36,167 bases of DNA from an uncultured Oscillospiraceae bacterium (GTDB lineage Bacteria > Bacillota > Clostridia > Oscillospirales > Oscillospiraceae). The notes beneath the pieces are model-generated. The model did no database searches. It saw only the letters and a program-made list of their open reading frames with translations, and was not told the origin of the DNA. The translations under genes were made by a program, and so were the position numbers. The DNA is taken from positions 1 to 36,167 of the forward strand of contig CAZHEG010000001.1 in NCBI GenBank assembly GCA_964531435.1, written 5' to 3'. Position 1 is the first letter of the stretch; each line of letters begins with the position of its first letter. Shown here one piece after another: positions 26,416 to 35,300 of the stretch.

Positions 26416-27242
26416 CCGTCAACCTCCTCCTTGCGGCGCTTGCCTTCCTCCAGAAGGGCGGTAAGAGTTTCCAGATCATCGGCAGCGATGGCATCCCGGT
26501 AAGCGGTAAGGCTTTCGATATAGGTATCCAGCTCGCTGAGGGTAAAGTCTTTATTTTCCATAAACAGCTCTGCCCACATGGGAGCGTTGAGCCAGGCGAC
26601 TCTTGTCAGGTCCCGGTAGCTTCCGGCGGAAAATCCTTTGTGGGAGGACGCGGTGGGGGACTTGATAAAGGCGTTGCTGAGGATATGGGGCATTTGGGAT
26701 GTGAAGGCGATCATGCGGTCATGCTCCTCGGCGGTGGTGACGGAAAAGGTGCCGAATTCACAGGGGGCGAGGGCATCCTTCACCCGCTGCAGCAGGTGGA
26801 TATCGTCAAAAACCGGGGGGACAAGGACCATGGGCTGCCCACGAAACAGATTGGCGCGGCTGTACTTAAAGCCGGAAAACTGGGAGCCTGCCATGGGGTG
26901 ACCGCCCACAAAGGTAAAGCCATGTTTTTCAGCCACCGGAAAGCAGCGGCGGCAGATCTCCCGCTTGATGCCGCAGCAGTCCAGCACCAGGGCGGTGGGG
27001 GAAATGAAGGGAGCGTTTTCTTCCAGCCAGGACGCGCTGCCGTCGGGATAGATGGCAAGAAGCAGCAGGTCGCATTGGGGGATGATGTCCCGGTCCAGCT
27101 TGCCGTGGACCGCCCCTGCCAGCATGGCAAAGGAGAGCATGCTCTCGTCCCGCTCGGCGGCGTAAACGGTGTGACCCGCCAGGGCATAGGCCCGGGCCAG
27201 GGAACCGCCGATGAGGCCAAGGCCTAAAATACCGACCTTCAT
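26412..27242 (-). CDS. tyrA: Prephenate dehydrogenase
   Basis: GLGLIGGS Rossmann motif, GGHPMAG, HD...A.TSQ.PH, AGSYRDLTRVA. Confidence 0.93.
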   Translation of the reverse strand: MKVGILGLGLIGGSLARAYALAGHTVYAAERDESMLSFAMLAGAVHGKLDRDIIPQCDLLLLAIYPDGSASWLEENAPFISPTALVLDCCGIKREICRRCFPVAEKHGFTFVGGHPMAGSQFSGFKYSRANLFRGQPMVLVPPVFDDIHLLQRVKDALAPCEFGTFSVTTAEEHDRMIAFTSQMPHILSNAFIKSPTASSHKGFSAGSYRDLTRVAWLNAPMWAELFMENKDFTLSELDTYIESLTAYRDAIAADDLETLTALLEEGKRRKEEVDG

Positions 27243-28240
27243 CCGATCACCTCCCGGACCCTGCGCATCCGCTCTGCCAGCTCATCAAACTGGGCGGGGG
27301 TCAGGGACTGGGCACCGTCACAGAGGGCACAGGCGGGGTTGTTGTGGACCTCCACCATGATACCGTCAGCTCCGGCCGCGGCGGCCGCGACGGCCATGGG
27401 GGGCACAAGGGATGCCCGGCCGGTGGCATGGCTGGGATCCACCACCACGGGGAGGTGGCTCAGCTCATGGAGAACGGCGACGGCGGAAATATCCAGGGTA
27501 TTGCGGGTGTAGGTCTCAAAGGTGCGGATGCCCCGCTCACAGAGGATGACCTGCTCGTTGCCCTCGCTCATGATATATTCGGCGCTCATCAGCAGCTCCT
27601 GGAAGGTATTGGCAAGGCCCCGCTTCAGCAAAATGGGCTTCTGGGTCTTGCCCAGCTCCTTCAGCAGGTCAAAGTTCTGCATATTCCGGGCACCAACCTG
27701 GATGATATCCACATCCTCGAAAAGGGGAAGATCGTTGATATTCATGATCTCGGTGATGATGGGAAGGCCGGTGTCCCGCTTGGCTTCCAGCAGCAGCCGG
27801 ATGCCAGCATCCTTCATGCCCTGGAAGGCGTAGGGGGAGGTGCGGGGCTTGAAGGCGCCGCCCCGGAGAATGTGGGCGCCGGAGGCCTTGACGGAGCGGG
27901 CAACCTCCAGAATCTGCTCCTCGGATTCTACGGAGCAGGGGCCCGCGATCATGGCAAAGTGACCGCCGCCGATCTTGACGCCGCCTGCTTCCACCACGGT
28001 GTCATTGGGGTGGAACTTTCGGTTGGCCTGCTTGAAGGGCTCGGACACCCGCTTGACGGAATCCACGATCTCCAGGCTGCGCAGCAGCTCCATGTCCACA
28101 CGGCTGGTATCGCCGATGAGACCCAAAATGGTGATCTCCTGGCCCTGGGACAGGTGGACATCCAGGTTCATATTCCGCAGCCATGCCACCAGGTGCTCGG
28201 TCTGGGTGGGGGTAGTGCCCCGCTTCAAAATTGCGATCAT
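27239..28240 (-). CDS. aroF: DAHP synthase type I-beta with N-terminal ferredoxin-like/ACT regulatory domain
   Basis: AGPCSVES, GAFKPRTSPY.FQG, GARNMQNF, LKRG, CERGIR, DPSH..G, EVH, DG.QS; about 70-aa N-terminal extension; ATG 28240 behind AGGAG. Confidence 0.95.
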   Translation of the reverse strand: MIAILKRGTTPTQTEHLVAWLRNMNLDVHLSQGQEITILGLIGDTSRVDMELLRSLEIVDSVKRVSEPFKQANRKFHPNDTVVEAGGVKIGGGHFAMIAGPCSVESEEQILEVARSVKASGAHILRGGAFKPRTSPYAFQGMKDAGIRLLLEAKRDTGLPIITEIMNINDLPLFEDVDIIQVGARNMQNFDLLKELGKTQKPILLKRGLANTFQELLMSAEYIMSEGNEQVILCERGIRTFETYTRNTLDISAVAVLHELSHLPVVVDPSHATGRASLVPPMAVAAAAAGADGIMVEVHNNPACALCDGAQSLTPAQFDELAERMRRVREVIG

Positions 28241-28255
28241 AATCAATCAACTCCT

Positions 28256-28288
28256 AAAAAAGAAATGCCGCACATGATTTGTGCGGCA
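28256..28288 (-). terminator. Attenuator (intrinsic terminator) in the aro operon leader
   Basis: Minus strand TGCCGCACA-AATCA-TGTGCGGCA then TTTCTTTTTT, directly before the aroF RBS. Confidence 0.88.
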
Positions 28289-28339
28289 CATGTAAATGTA
28301 TGTCAGCTGAAACTGATCTGCTTGCAGCACAAAAATCTA

Positions 28340-28408
28340 TTACTTTTTTTCGGTAAAAAAGTAATAGCTGCTAAAGTAAAACTGTGCGGCAGAAGCGGTG
28401 AAAACCAT
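28340..28408 (-). CDS. Phe/Tyr-rich leader peptide MVFTASAAQFYFSSYYFFTEKK (22 aa; not in ORF track)
   Basis: GGAGG (28419-28415) 6 nt before ATG 28408; 5 Phe + 3 Tyr codons; TAA TAG double stop; lies between promoter and terminator. Confidence 0.88.
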   Translation of the reverse strand: MVFTASAAQFYFSSYYFFTEKK

Positions 28409-28439
28409 AATGGGCCTCCATTTATCAGTAGCTAATGGC

Positions 28440-28468
28440 AGTATACCACGGTTTTTGCGGCATTGCAA
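28440..28468 (-). promoter_or_regulatory. sigma-A-type promoter of the aro operon
   Basis: Minus strand TTGCAA (28468-28463), 17 nt, TATACT (28445-28440) with TG extension. Confidence 0.8.
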
Positions 28469-28554
28469 GGGTATTTTCGGGAAAAACGGGGAAAAAGGTG
28501 AAACTATCGGAATCGTTTGGAAAAATTGAGGGCGAAAATTTGTTTAGAAATGTG

Positions 28555-28583
28555 TAGACGAATGCGAACGGATGTGCTATAAT
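28555..28583 (+). promoter_or_regulatory. sigma-A-type promoter for the helicase gene
   Basis: TAGACG (28555-28560), 17 nt, TATAAT (28578-28583) with TG extension. Confidence 0.7.
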
Positions 28584-28604
28584 TGCAGAAAAGGAGGGGA
28601 TCAT

Positions 28605-30764
28605 ATGGAGGATTATCTGAAGGAGCTGAACCCGCAGCAGCTGGAGGCAGCGACCACCACGGAAGGATATGTGCGGGTGGTGGCGGGGGCCGGATCGGGA
28701 AAGACGAAAACCCTGACGGCCCGGTATATGTACCTGGTGGAGCAGCTGGGCATATCCACAGCCAACATACTCTGCGTTACCTTTACCAACAAGGCGGCAG
28801 CGGAAATGAAAAAGCGGATCCGGATGCGGCTGCCGGATATGGATCTGGGGATGATCTGCACATTCCACGGCTTCTGCGTGCGGCTGTTGAAGGAGGACTG
28901 CCATGTGGTGCAGTACCCCAAGGCTTTCCTGGTGCTGGACGAGGAGGACAAGGAGAGCATGCTGAGGACCGTTTTTGAGGATCTGGGCATCACCTCCCGG
29001 GATATGACCATCAAGGAGGCGGTGGATTACATCGGCTGGAGAAAGGGCGGACGGGGCTACGTAAAGACCCTCATTGACCCGGATCTGGAGCGGCTGCGCC
29101 GGCTTCAGGACAGCGCCTCCACCCTGAAGGACAAGGTGCTTTACCGCTACTTTTACGAGCAGCGGAAGAATTTTGGGCTGGATTTTGACGATCTGGTCTA
29201 TTTTACCCTGTACATTCTGCAGCATGACAGGAACGTGCGGGAAAAATGGCAGCAGCGGCTGGAATATCTGATGGTGGATGAATTTCAGGACATCGACAAG
29301 GACCAGTATGAGCTGGCGGATATCCTCAGCGGCTACCACAGGAACCTTTTTGTGGTGGGGGACCCGGACCAGACCATCTATACCTGGCGTGGGGCGGATG
29401 TGAAATTCATTCTGGAATTTGACAGCCGGCACGAAAATGTCAGGACGATCTATTTAAATACCAATTACCGCTCGGTGCCACAAATTCTTGCGGCATCCAA
29501 TGCCCTCATCTCCAAAAACCGGGACAGGCTGGAAAAGCAGCTGAGCGCGGTGCGGCCCGATGCGGCGAAGCCCCTGTATTTTCACGGAAAGACCGGGCAG
29601 CTGGAAGCCCAGTGGATCACGGCCCAGATGCGGGCCATGCACGAGGGCGGCAGAAGCTATTCCCAGATGGCGGTGCTGTACCGGGCACACTATGTGTCGA
29701 GAACCGTGGAGGAGGCTTTGATCAAAAACAAGATCCCCTATGTGCTCTATTCCGGCGTGGAGTTTTACAAGCGGAAGGAGATCAAGGATATTCTGTGCTA
29801 TCTGCGGATGATCTATGCGGGGGACGACGTCAGCTTCCTGCGGACGGTGAATGAGCCCCGGCGGGGCATCGGCAGGACCCGCATCGCCGCGCTGAAGGAA
29901 TACGCGGAGGGGCACGGCTGCCAGCTCTATGAAGCGCTGACCGCAAATCTGGAGACAGAGCTCTTCCGCCGGAGCAAGGCACGGGACTATGTGCGGCTCA
30001 TTGAGAAGTACCGGGCGATTTTCGACAGCCTGGAGCTGACGGAATTGCTGACGGGGGTACTCAGCGAAAGCGGATATGAGGCGATGCTCCGCTCCAACGG
30101 AGAAGAGGAACGGCTTGACAATCTGGCGGAACTAAAGCAGGCCATCTATGAATTCTCCCGGACGGCAGGGGAGGCGGTGAGCCTTGGAAACTACCTGGAT
30201 CACGCGGCCCTGTTTACCAACATGGATACCGGGGAGAAAGCCCAGGCTGCCAAGCTGATGACGGTCCACTCCGCCAAGGGCCTGGAATTCCCGGTGGTAT
30301 TCCTCTGCGGGCTGTCCGAGGGGATATTCCCCGGCAGGCGGGCGGACACCCGGGAGAAAATGGAGGAGGAGCGGCGGCTCGCCTACGTGGCATTCACCCG
30401 GGCGAAGGACCGGCTGTTCCTGTCCGACGCGGCAGGCACCGGCTTTGACGGCTCCTTCCGTTATCCCAGCCGATTTGTGTTCAACGCGGGGGAGGAGAAT
30501 ATTGACTATGCCGTGCCCATGGATCCGGAGCTGAAGGAAAAGACCATGGCCCGCACCGGGGAAACGGAGCGGCCCCAGGGGGAGCCCGGGGCGGACAAGG
30601 CCGTCGGAAAGCGGGTGCGCCACGGCGTTTTCGGGGAGGGGACCGTGATCGGTGTGCCCCGGGACGGACAGGGCATGATCGTGCAGTTTGATACCATGGT
30701 CACGCCCCGGACCTTTGGCCCCGGGGCAAAGCTGGAGATCCTGGCGGGGGTTGGGGCATATTGA
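28605..30764 (+). CDS. UvrD/PcrA/Rep family SF1A DNA helicase
   Basis: AGAGSGKT, TFTNKAA, TFH, VDEFQD, VGDPDQ.IY.WRGA, NYRS, LYR, TVHSAKGLEF, EERRLAYVAFTRA, C-terminal RVRH..FG.G.V; AAGGAGG before ATG 28605. Confidence 0.95.
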   Translation: MEDYLKELNPQQLEAATTTEGYVRVVAGAGSGKTKTLTARYMYLVEQLGISTANILCVTFTNKAAAEMKKRIRMRLPDMDLGMICTFHGFCVRLLKEDCHVVQYPKAFLVLDEEDKESMLRTVFEDLGITSRDMTIKEAVDYIGWRKGGRGYVKTLIDPDLERLRRLQDSASTLKDKVLYRYFYEQRKNFGLDFDDLVYFTLYILQHDRNVREKWQQRLEYLMVDEFQDIDKDQYELADILSGYHRNLFVVGDPDQTIYTWRGADVKFILEFDSRHENVRTIYLNTNYRSVPQILAASNALISKNRDRLEKQLSAVRPDAAKPLYFHGKTGQLEAQWITAQMRAMHEGGRSYSQMAVLYRAHYVSRTVEEALIKNKIPYVLYSGVEFYKRKEIKDILCYLRMIYAGDDVSFLRTVNEPRRGIGRTRIAALKEYAEGHGCQLYEALTANLETELFRRSKARDYVRLIEKYRAIFDSLELTELLTGVLSESGYEAMLRSNGEEERLDNLAELKQAIYEFSRTAGEAVSLGNYLDHAALFTNMDTGEKAQAAKLMTVHSAKGLEFPVVFLCGLSEGIFPGRRADTREKMEEERRLAYVAFTRAKDRLFLSDAAGTGFDGSFRYPSRFVFNAGEENIDYAVPMDPELKEKTMARTGETERPQGEPGADKAVGKRVRHGVFGEGTVIGVPRDGQGMIVQFDTMVTPRTFGPGAKLEILAGVGAY

Positions 30765-30789
30765 CTTTCCACATCCCTTTTGATACAAT
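30761..30789 (+). promoter_or_regulatory. sigma-A-type promoter whose -35 overlaps the helicase stop codon
   Basis: TTGACT (30761-30766), 17 nt, TACAAT (30784-30789) with TG extension. Confidence 0.7.
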
Positions 30790-30815
30790 GACAGAAAACA
30801 AAAGGGGGCCTGGGA

Positions 30816-32267
30816 ATGGCACTGTTCAAAAATAAAATATTTCTCGGGGCGGCATACATCGTGGCACTGGTGGCGGTGCTGCTGTATGCCTGGGACACTG
30901 TAAAGCCCCAGGAGTCTCCCGGAGAAACGGAACAAACAGAGCCCCAGTGGCCCGGCTACGGAACCGGACAGTACGAATATTATTACAGTGAAGAGGATCC
31001 AAGCAGAGTCTGGGAGGAGGATACGCTTTACCTGATCGATACCCTGCTGACGGAACACCCTGTTTTCTGCGATGAGAGATTCGTTGTGTATACGGGCTAT
31101 GTGTCGGAAGGAGCAGGGGAAACCGAGTACTCCAATCGGCTGTTTGATGCCGGGAAGCAGGCAAAGCTGATCGCCGCGGCGAATGATCTGATTCCAAGGC
31201 TTTCGACCCTGAAAGAGGAACAGATCGTCATGGAGCTGCAGAGACTGATGGCGATTGCCGGGGATTCCTACACCAAGTTTTACGTGGATCTGGATCAGCG
31301 GTTCCCCCTGATGCTGCAGCCGATCTATGACGGAAATGCGGTATCTTTTTATGTGGTAACAGTACCCGCCGGGCAGGAGGAGCTGCTGTACAGCAGGCTG
31401 ACTGCCATCAACGGCATCCCCATCGCAGAGGTGGCGAGCAGGCTGACTTACTACATTTCGGGGAGCAATGTTCACTATAAGATCTACATGATGTCAAACC
31501 CTCTCACCGCATGCTGGCTGCTTCAGACCCTGCCGCTGGTGGGAATTGGAGCCATGGAGCCGGGGGAGACCTCGGCGGAGCTGACCTTTGAAACAGACGG
31601 CAGTACGGTGATCCGCACCTTCGAAGCAGCAACCAAGGCGGAGCGGGCGGAAATGGATCTGGTGAAAAAAACAAAAACAAATATGGATTGGCTTTCTTAC
31701 CGGGATATGCCCGACGACAACCTTTGGCTGGAATGTCTGGAGGAGGAAAACGCGGTATATATGCGCATCATTGCACTGATGGACAATGAAAGCCTTCGTT
31801 TCAGCACATTCCTGCCCATGGGGGCAAAGGCGGTTGAAACCGCAGGGGAAGGGTGTAAGCTGATCATCGACCTGCGGGATTGCTTCAATGGATATGCTTT
31901 TGAATCCCAGATATACACATTCGCGAACCGAATCGATCAGGCATCGCCGGCGGGTGTATACATCCTTGTGGATGGCGGAACGGGTGCGGCAGGTCTGGCG
32001 GCGGCGTACCGGCTGAAGTGTAATATTTCCGGCGCACAGATCGTCGGCGCGCCCACAGGAGAGGGACTGGTGAGTTTGGGGGATCTTGTGGACTACAAGC
32101 TCCCTAATTCAGGGCTAAGCTTCTGCATTCGCACCAGCGGATTCTGTTTGGCGGATGGAACTGGCGAGGATATGCTGACGCCGGATATCCTGGTGCACCA
32201 GACACTGGAGGATATGAAGAATGGAACGGATACCATGCTGCAATATGTTCTGGATCTGGAGCCGTAA
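30816..32267 (+). CDS. Exported/membrane-anchored S41 peptidase-like protein with degenerate active site
   Basis: N-terminal TM/signal; LTAINGIPI PDZ-like segment; LIIDLR, VYILVDGGTGAA, IVGAPTG and PDILV motifs in S41 order. Confidence 0.65.
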   Translation: MALFKNKIFLGAAYIVALVAVLLYAWDTVKPQESPGETEQTEPQWPGYGTGQYEYYYSEEDPSRVWEEDTLYLIDTLLTEHPVFCDERFVVYTGYVSEGAGETEYSNRLFDAGKQAKLIAAANDLIPRLSTLKEEQIVMELQRLMAIAGDSYTKFYVDLDQRFPLMLQPIYDGNAVSFYVVTVPAGQEELLYSRLTAINGIPIAEVASRLTYYISGSNVHYKIYMMSNPLTACWLLQTLPLVGIGAMEPGETSAELTFETDGSTVIRTFEAATKAERAEMDLVKKTKTNMDWLSYRDMPDDNLWLECLEEENAVYMRIIALMDNESLRFSTFLPMGAKAVETAGEGCKLIIDLRDCFNGYAFESQIYTFANRIDQASPAGVYILVDGGTGAAGLAAAYRLKCNISGAQIVGAPTGEGLVSLGDLVDYKLPNSGLSFCIRTSGFCLADGTGEDMLTPDILVHQTLEDMKNGTDTMLQYVLDLEP

Positions 32268-32280
32268 AAGAGAATAACAG

Positions 32281-32309
32281 AAGGCCCTCCCGGTTTGGGA
32301 GGGCCTTTT
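32281..32309. terminator. Terminator hairpin between convergent genes
   Basis: AAGGCCCTCCC-GGTTT-GGGAGGGCCTT followed by TT. Confidence 0.8.
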
Positions 32310-32311
32310 GG

Positions 32312-35300
32312 TTAGGTCACGGTGAATGCCATGGGGGCATCCATGATGTACATGCCGTTCAGGTAGATCTCAACGGTGTAGCTGCCGGGGGCGGCGGGAA
32401 GCTCCGGGAGCTCCAGCTCGCAGTAGCCCTTGTACCACATCCGGGTCCAGGTCTCACTGGAATACTGGACACTGACGGGGCAGCCGTTCTCGTCACGGAT
32501 GACGAACATGGTGGTGATCACATCCGGGGAGGTGACATACTCGGCGTTCAGGCGAAGGACGAAGGCGGCGTTCTGACCGGCGGTGAAGTCGGTGGTGTAG
32601 GCGCTGTTTTTCACGTCCTTCCAGGTCCAGTCGGCCTTGTCAGGGGTGATGCACATCTTCACGATGAAATTCTGGGCGCTGACGGTGTAGCCGGAGAAGG
32701 CCTGGGCGGCGGGGACGGTATACTGGGCGGTGACCGGGTATACCGTGACATCCTCGGGCATGATGAAGGAGAAATCATAGGTGGCACCGGGGATCAGGGA
32801 GCCGACGGTGCAGGTGTTCTTTTCGCACACCACCTGGATGGGGGTGCCGCCGTCAACGGTGTAGCTGAGGATCCAGCCGCCCTCGGGGACGGTGCCCTCG
32901 TAATTCCAGGTCAGCAGAAGCTCATCCGGGTTGGAATGGTCCACCAGGATATCCTTGAAGGTGACGGAATTCGCGGTGATGGAGGTGGACTTGCCCACGA
33001 TCATGCCCTCGGCCTTGACCTCAACGGTGTAATCCTGGGAGATATCCAGACCCTCGATGGCGATGGAGGGCTCGGAAACCACGAAGGTCCCAACATAGCC
33101 GGAGCTGTTGCTGCTGCACCGGACGGTCCAGGAGCTGACGGATACGCCTTCGGGTGCGGACCAATCGGCGATGAGGGCGCCGCCGTCGAAGCCGTGAATG
33201 GTCAGGTTCTGGGCGTAGATCACATTGGTGGCGGTGAAGTCCATGGAAGTGTCGCCAACCAGGTACAGGTCATCCTGGGGCACCAGGCGGAAAGAGTAGG
33301 TCTTGCCGGGAGTCAGGCCGCGGATGTTTGCCATGTGGCTGCACTGGACGGACTTTTCTTCCTCGCCCTCGGTGCTGTAATAGACATACCAGAGCTCGCT
33401 GTCGGGGCCCTGAACGGAGAAGTTGAGGATCACGGAGCCATCGGTATCGCCGGCGATGATGGAATAATTGATGATCTCGGTGCGGGCGGCGGTGGTGATG
33501 GAGCCGGTGGTCTCGCCGGTCAGCTTGTGGGTTCCGCTGATGACCACGCTGATGCGGTAGGTGGTGCCGGAGGAAAGGGAGGTGAAGGTGGCAGTATTAT
33601 CCGTGACGCTCTGGGTGAGCCGGTTGCCGTAGGTGTCGGTGCAGTAGACGGTCAGCAGGGTATTGTCGATTTCCGTATCCAGGGTGACGGTGAGCCAATC
33701 TTCGTCGGTGGTGACAGTGACAGATTCGATATGCTGCAGGTATTCGGTATTGTAGTAGTGGTAGCCGCCGAGGCCGGCCAGAAGCAGTGCCAGCAGGAGC
33801 GACAGAACTCCGATGAGCACACCCAGCTTTTTGCGGGATTTCTTTGTATGGATAACAGGGGTGGGAGCGGGGATCCGGATCTCCTCGGGAACGGGTTCGG
33901 CGGGAGCGGGTTCCGGTTCTGTCTCCGGCTCAGTCTCGGGTTCCGGTTCGGGCTCGGGCTCGGGTTCGGGCTCCGGCAGAATGGGCTCGGGCATGGGGAC
34001 CTCGATGGCCTCGGGAGCCACCACAGGGCCGGGAAGCTCGTGGGCGATGAGATCGTCAGCCTGTGCAAGCATTTCGGAAACCTCGTCGGTGACGTCGCCC
34101 TCGGGCAGGTCATCGGGAATGACGGTGTCAAAGAGGAAGCCCTCGATGCTGATCTGATCCGGGTCGCCGGAGGTTTCCTCAGCGGGCTGCTCTTCGGCGG
34201 GAGTTTCCTCCACAGGTTCTTCTGTGGGGGGTTCCTCTGCAGGGAATTCTTCGGCAAGAATATCTTCGATGCTTACCGCCGGAACAGGCTCTTCGGTGGC
34301 AGGTTCCTCCACAATGGGTTCTTCAGCAGGAGTTTTTTCGATGGGTTCCTCCACAATAGGCTCTTCGATGGGAGTATCTTCGACAGGTTCCTCCACAATA
34401 GGCTCTTCGGCGGGAGTTTCTTCGACAGGTTCCTCCACGGCGGGTTCCCCGGTGGGGATCTCTTCCGCAGGCTTCTGGGGAGCGGGCTCCTCCACGGGAA
34501 TGGGGACGATGGGGGTATCGTTGACGGTATTGCGCTGCAGATAGCCAACCAATGCCTGTCCCATCTCCTGGGGATCCTGCCAGCGGTCAGCGGGGTCAGC
34601 GGCACAGGCCTTCAGGATGATGGCGCTCATTTCATTATCGGCATAGGCAGGAGCGGGAAGCTCTTCCGCACCCTCGGGCAGGATGCCGCCGTTGTAGGCC
34701 TGGTACAGCACCATGCCCGCGGCGTAGATATCCAGGGTGGTATTCAGCGAGGAGTAGGCATCGGTGATCTCAGGCGCGGTGTAAGCACTGCGGTACTTAT
34801 CCGGGAGAGAGGCATACTTCAAAGACGACATTTTGACAAAGCCCAGATCGCCGATGAGGAAGCCGCGGCTGTCGGAAAGGACGATGTTTTCCGGACGCAG
34901 GTCCACATAGAGGTAGCCGTTGCGGCGGCTGAGGGAAAGGGCGGCACACAGGTCCAGGCCCAGATTGACGGCGGAAAGGTGGGTCATGCTGTTTTTGCGG
35001 AGGTACCGCTCCAGGGTCATGACATAGTTACCCAGCAGATAAACATCATAGCCGGTGCCGTCCTCCATGGGCTCCAGCTGCCAGGATTCGTAGGACCAGA
35101 AGCCCTCCAGGCCGGACAGCTTCTTCAGCAGCTTTGCTTCGCTGACAGTCTCATCCGCCAGTTCCTGAAAGTAACGCAGGGCCGATTCCCGGTCAGAATA
35201 GGCACCGCTGAGGAGCAGCGCGTCCATCTGGCGTGCATTGGCGGGGAAGGAAATGATCTTAACGATGTATTTTTGGTCGGTGTCCTTCAGAATGGCAGGG

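Noticed and set aside
28250..28435. T-box riboswitch as the explanation of the aro leader
   Set aside because: No GGTGGNACC T-box sequence or long specifier stem was found before the terminator; the roughly 190-nt leader is instead occupied by an RBS-bearing Phe/Tyr ORF
27344..31475. ORFs 27344-28435 (+), 28425-29432 (-) and 30132-31475 (-)
   Set aside because: Antisense to aroF, the helicase and the S41-like gene; no motifs
34285..34460. Possible CRISPR array
   Set aside because: Units are contiguous, degenerate at third codon positions and in frame within a CDS, with no unique spacers and no cas genes
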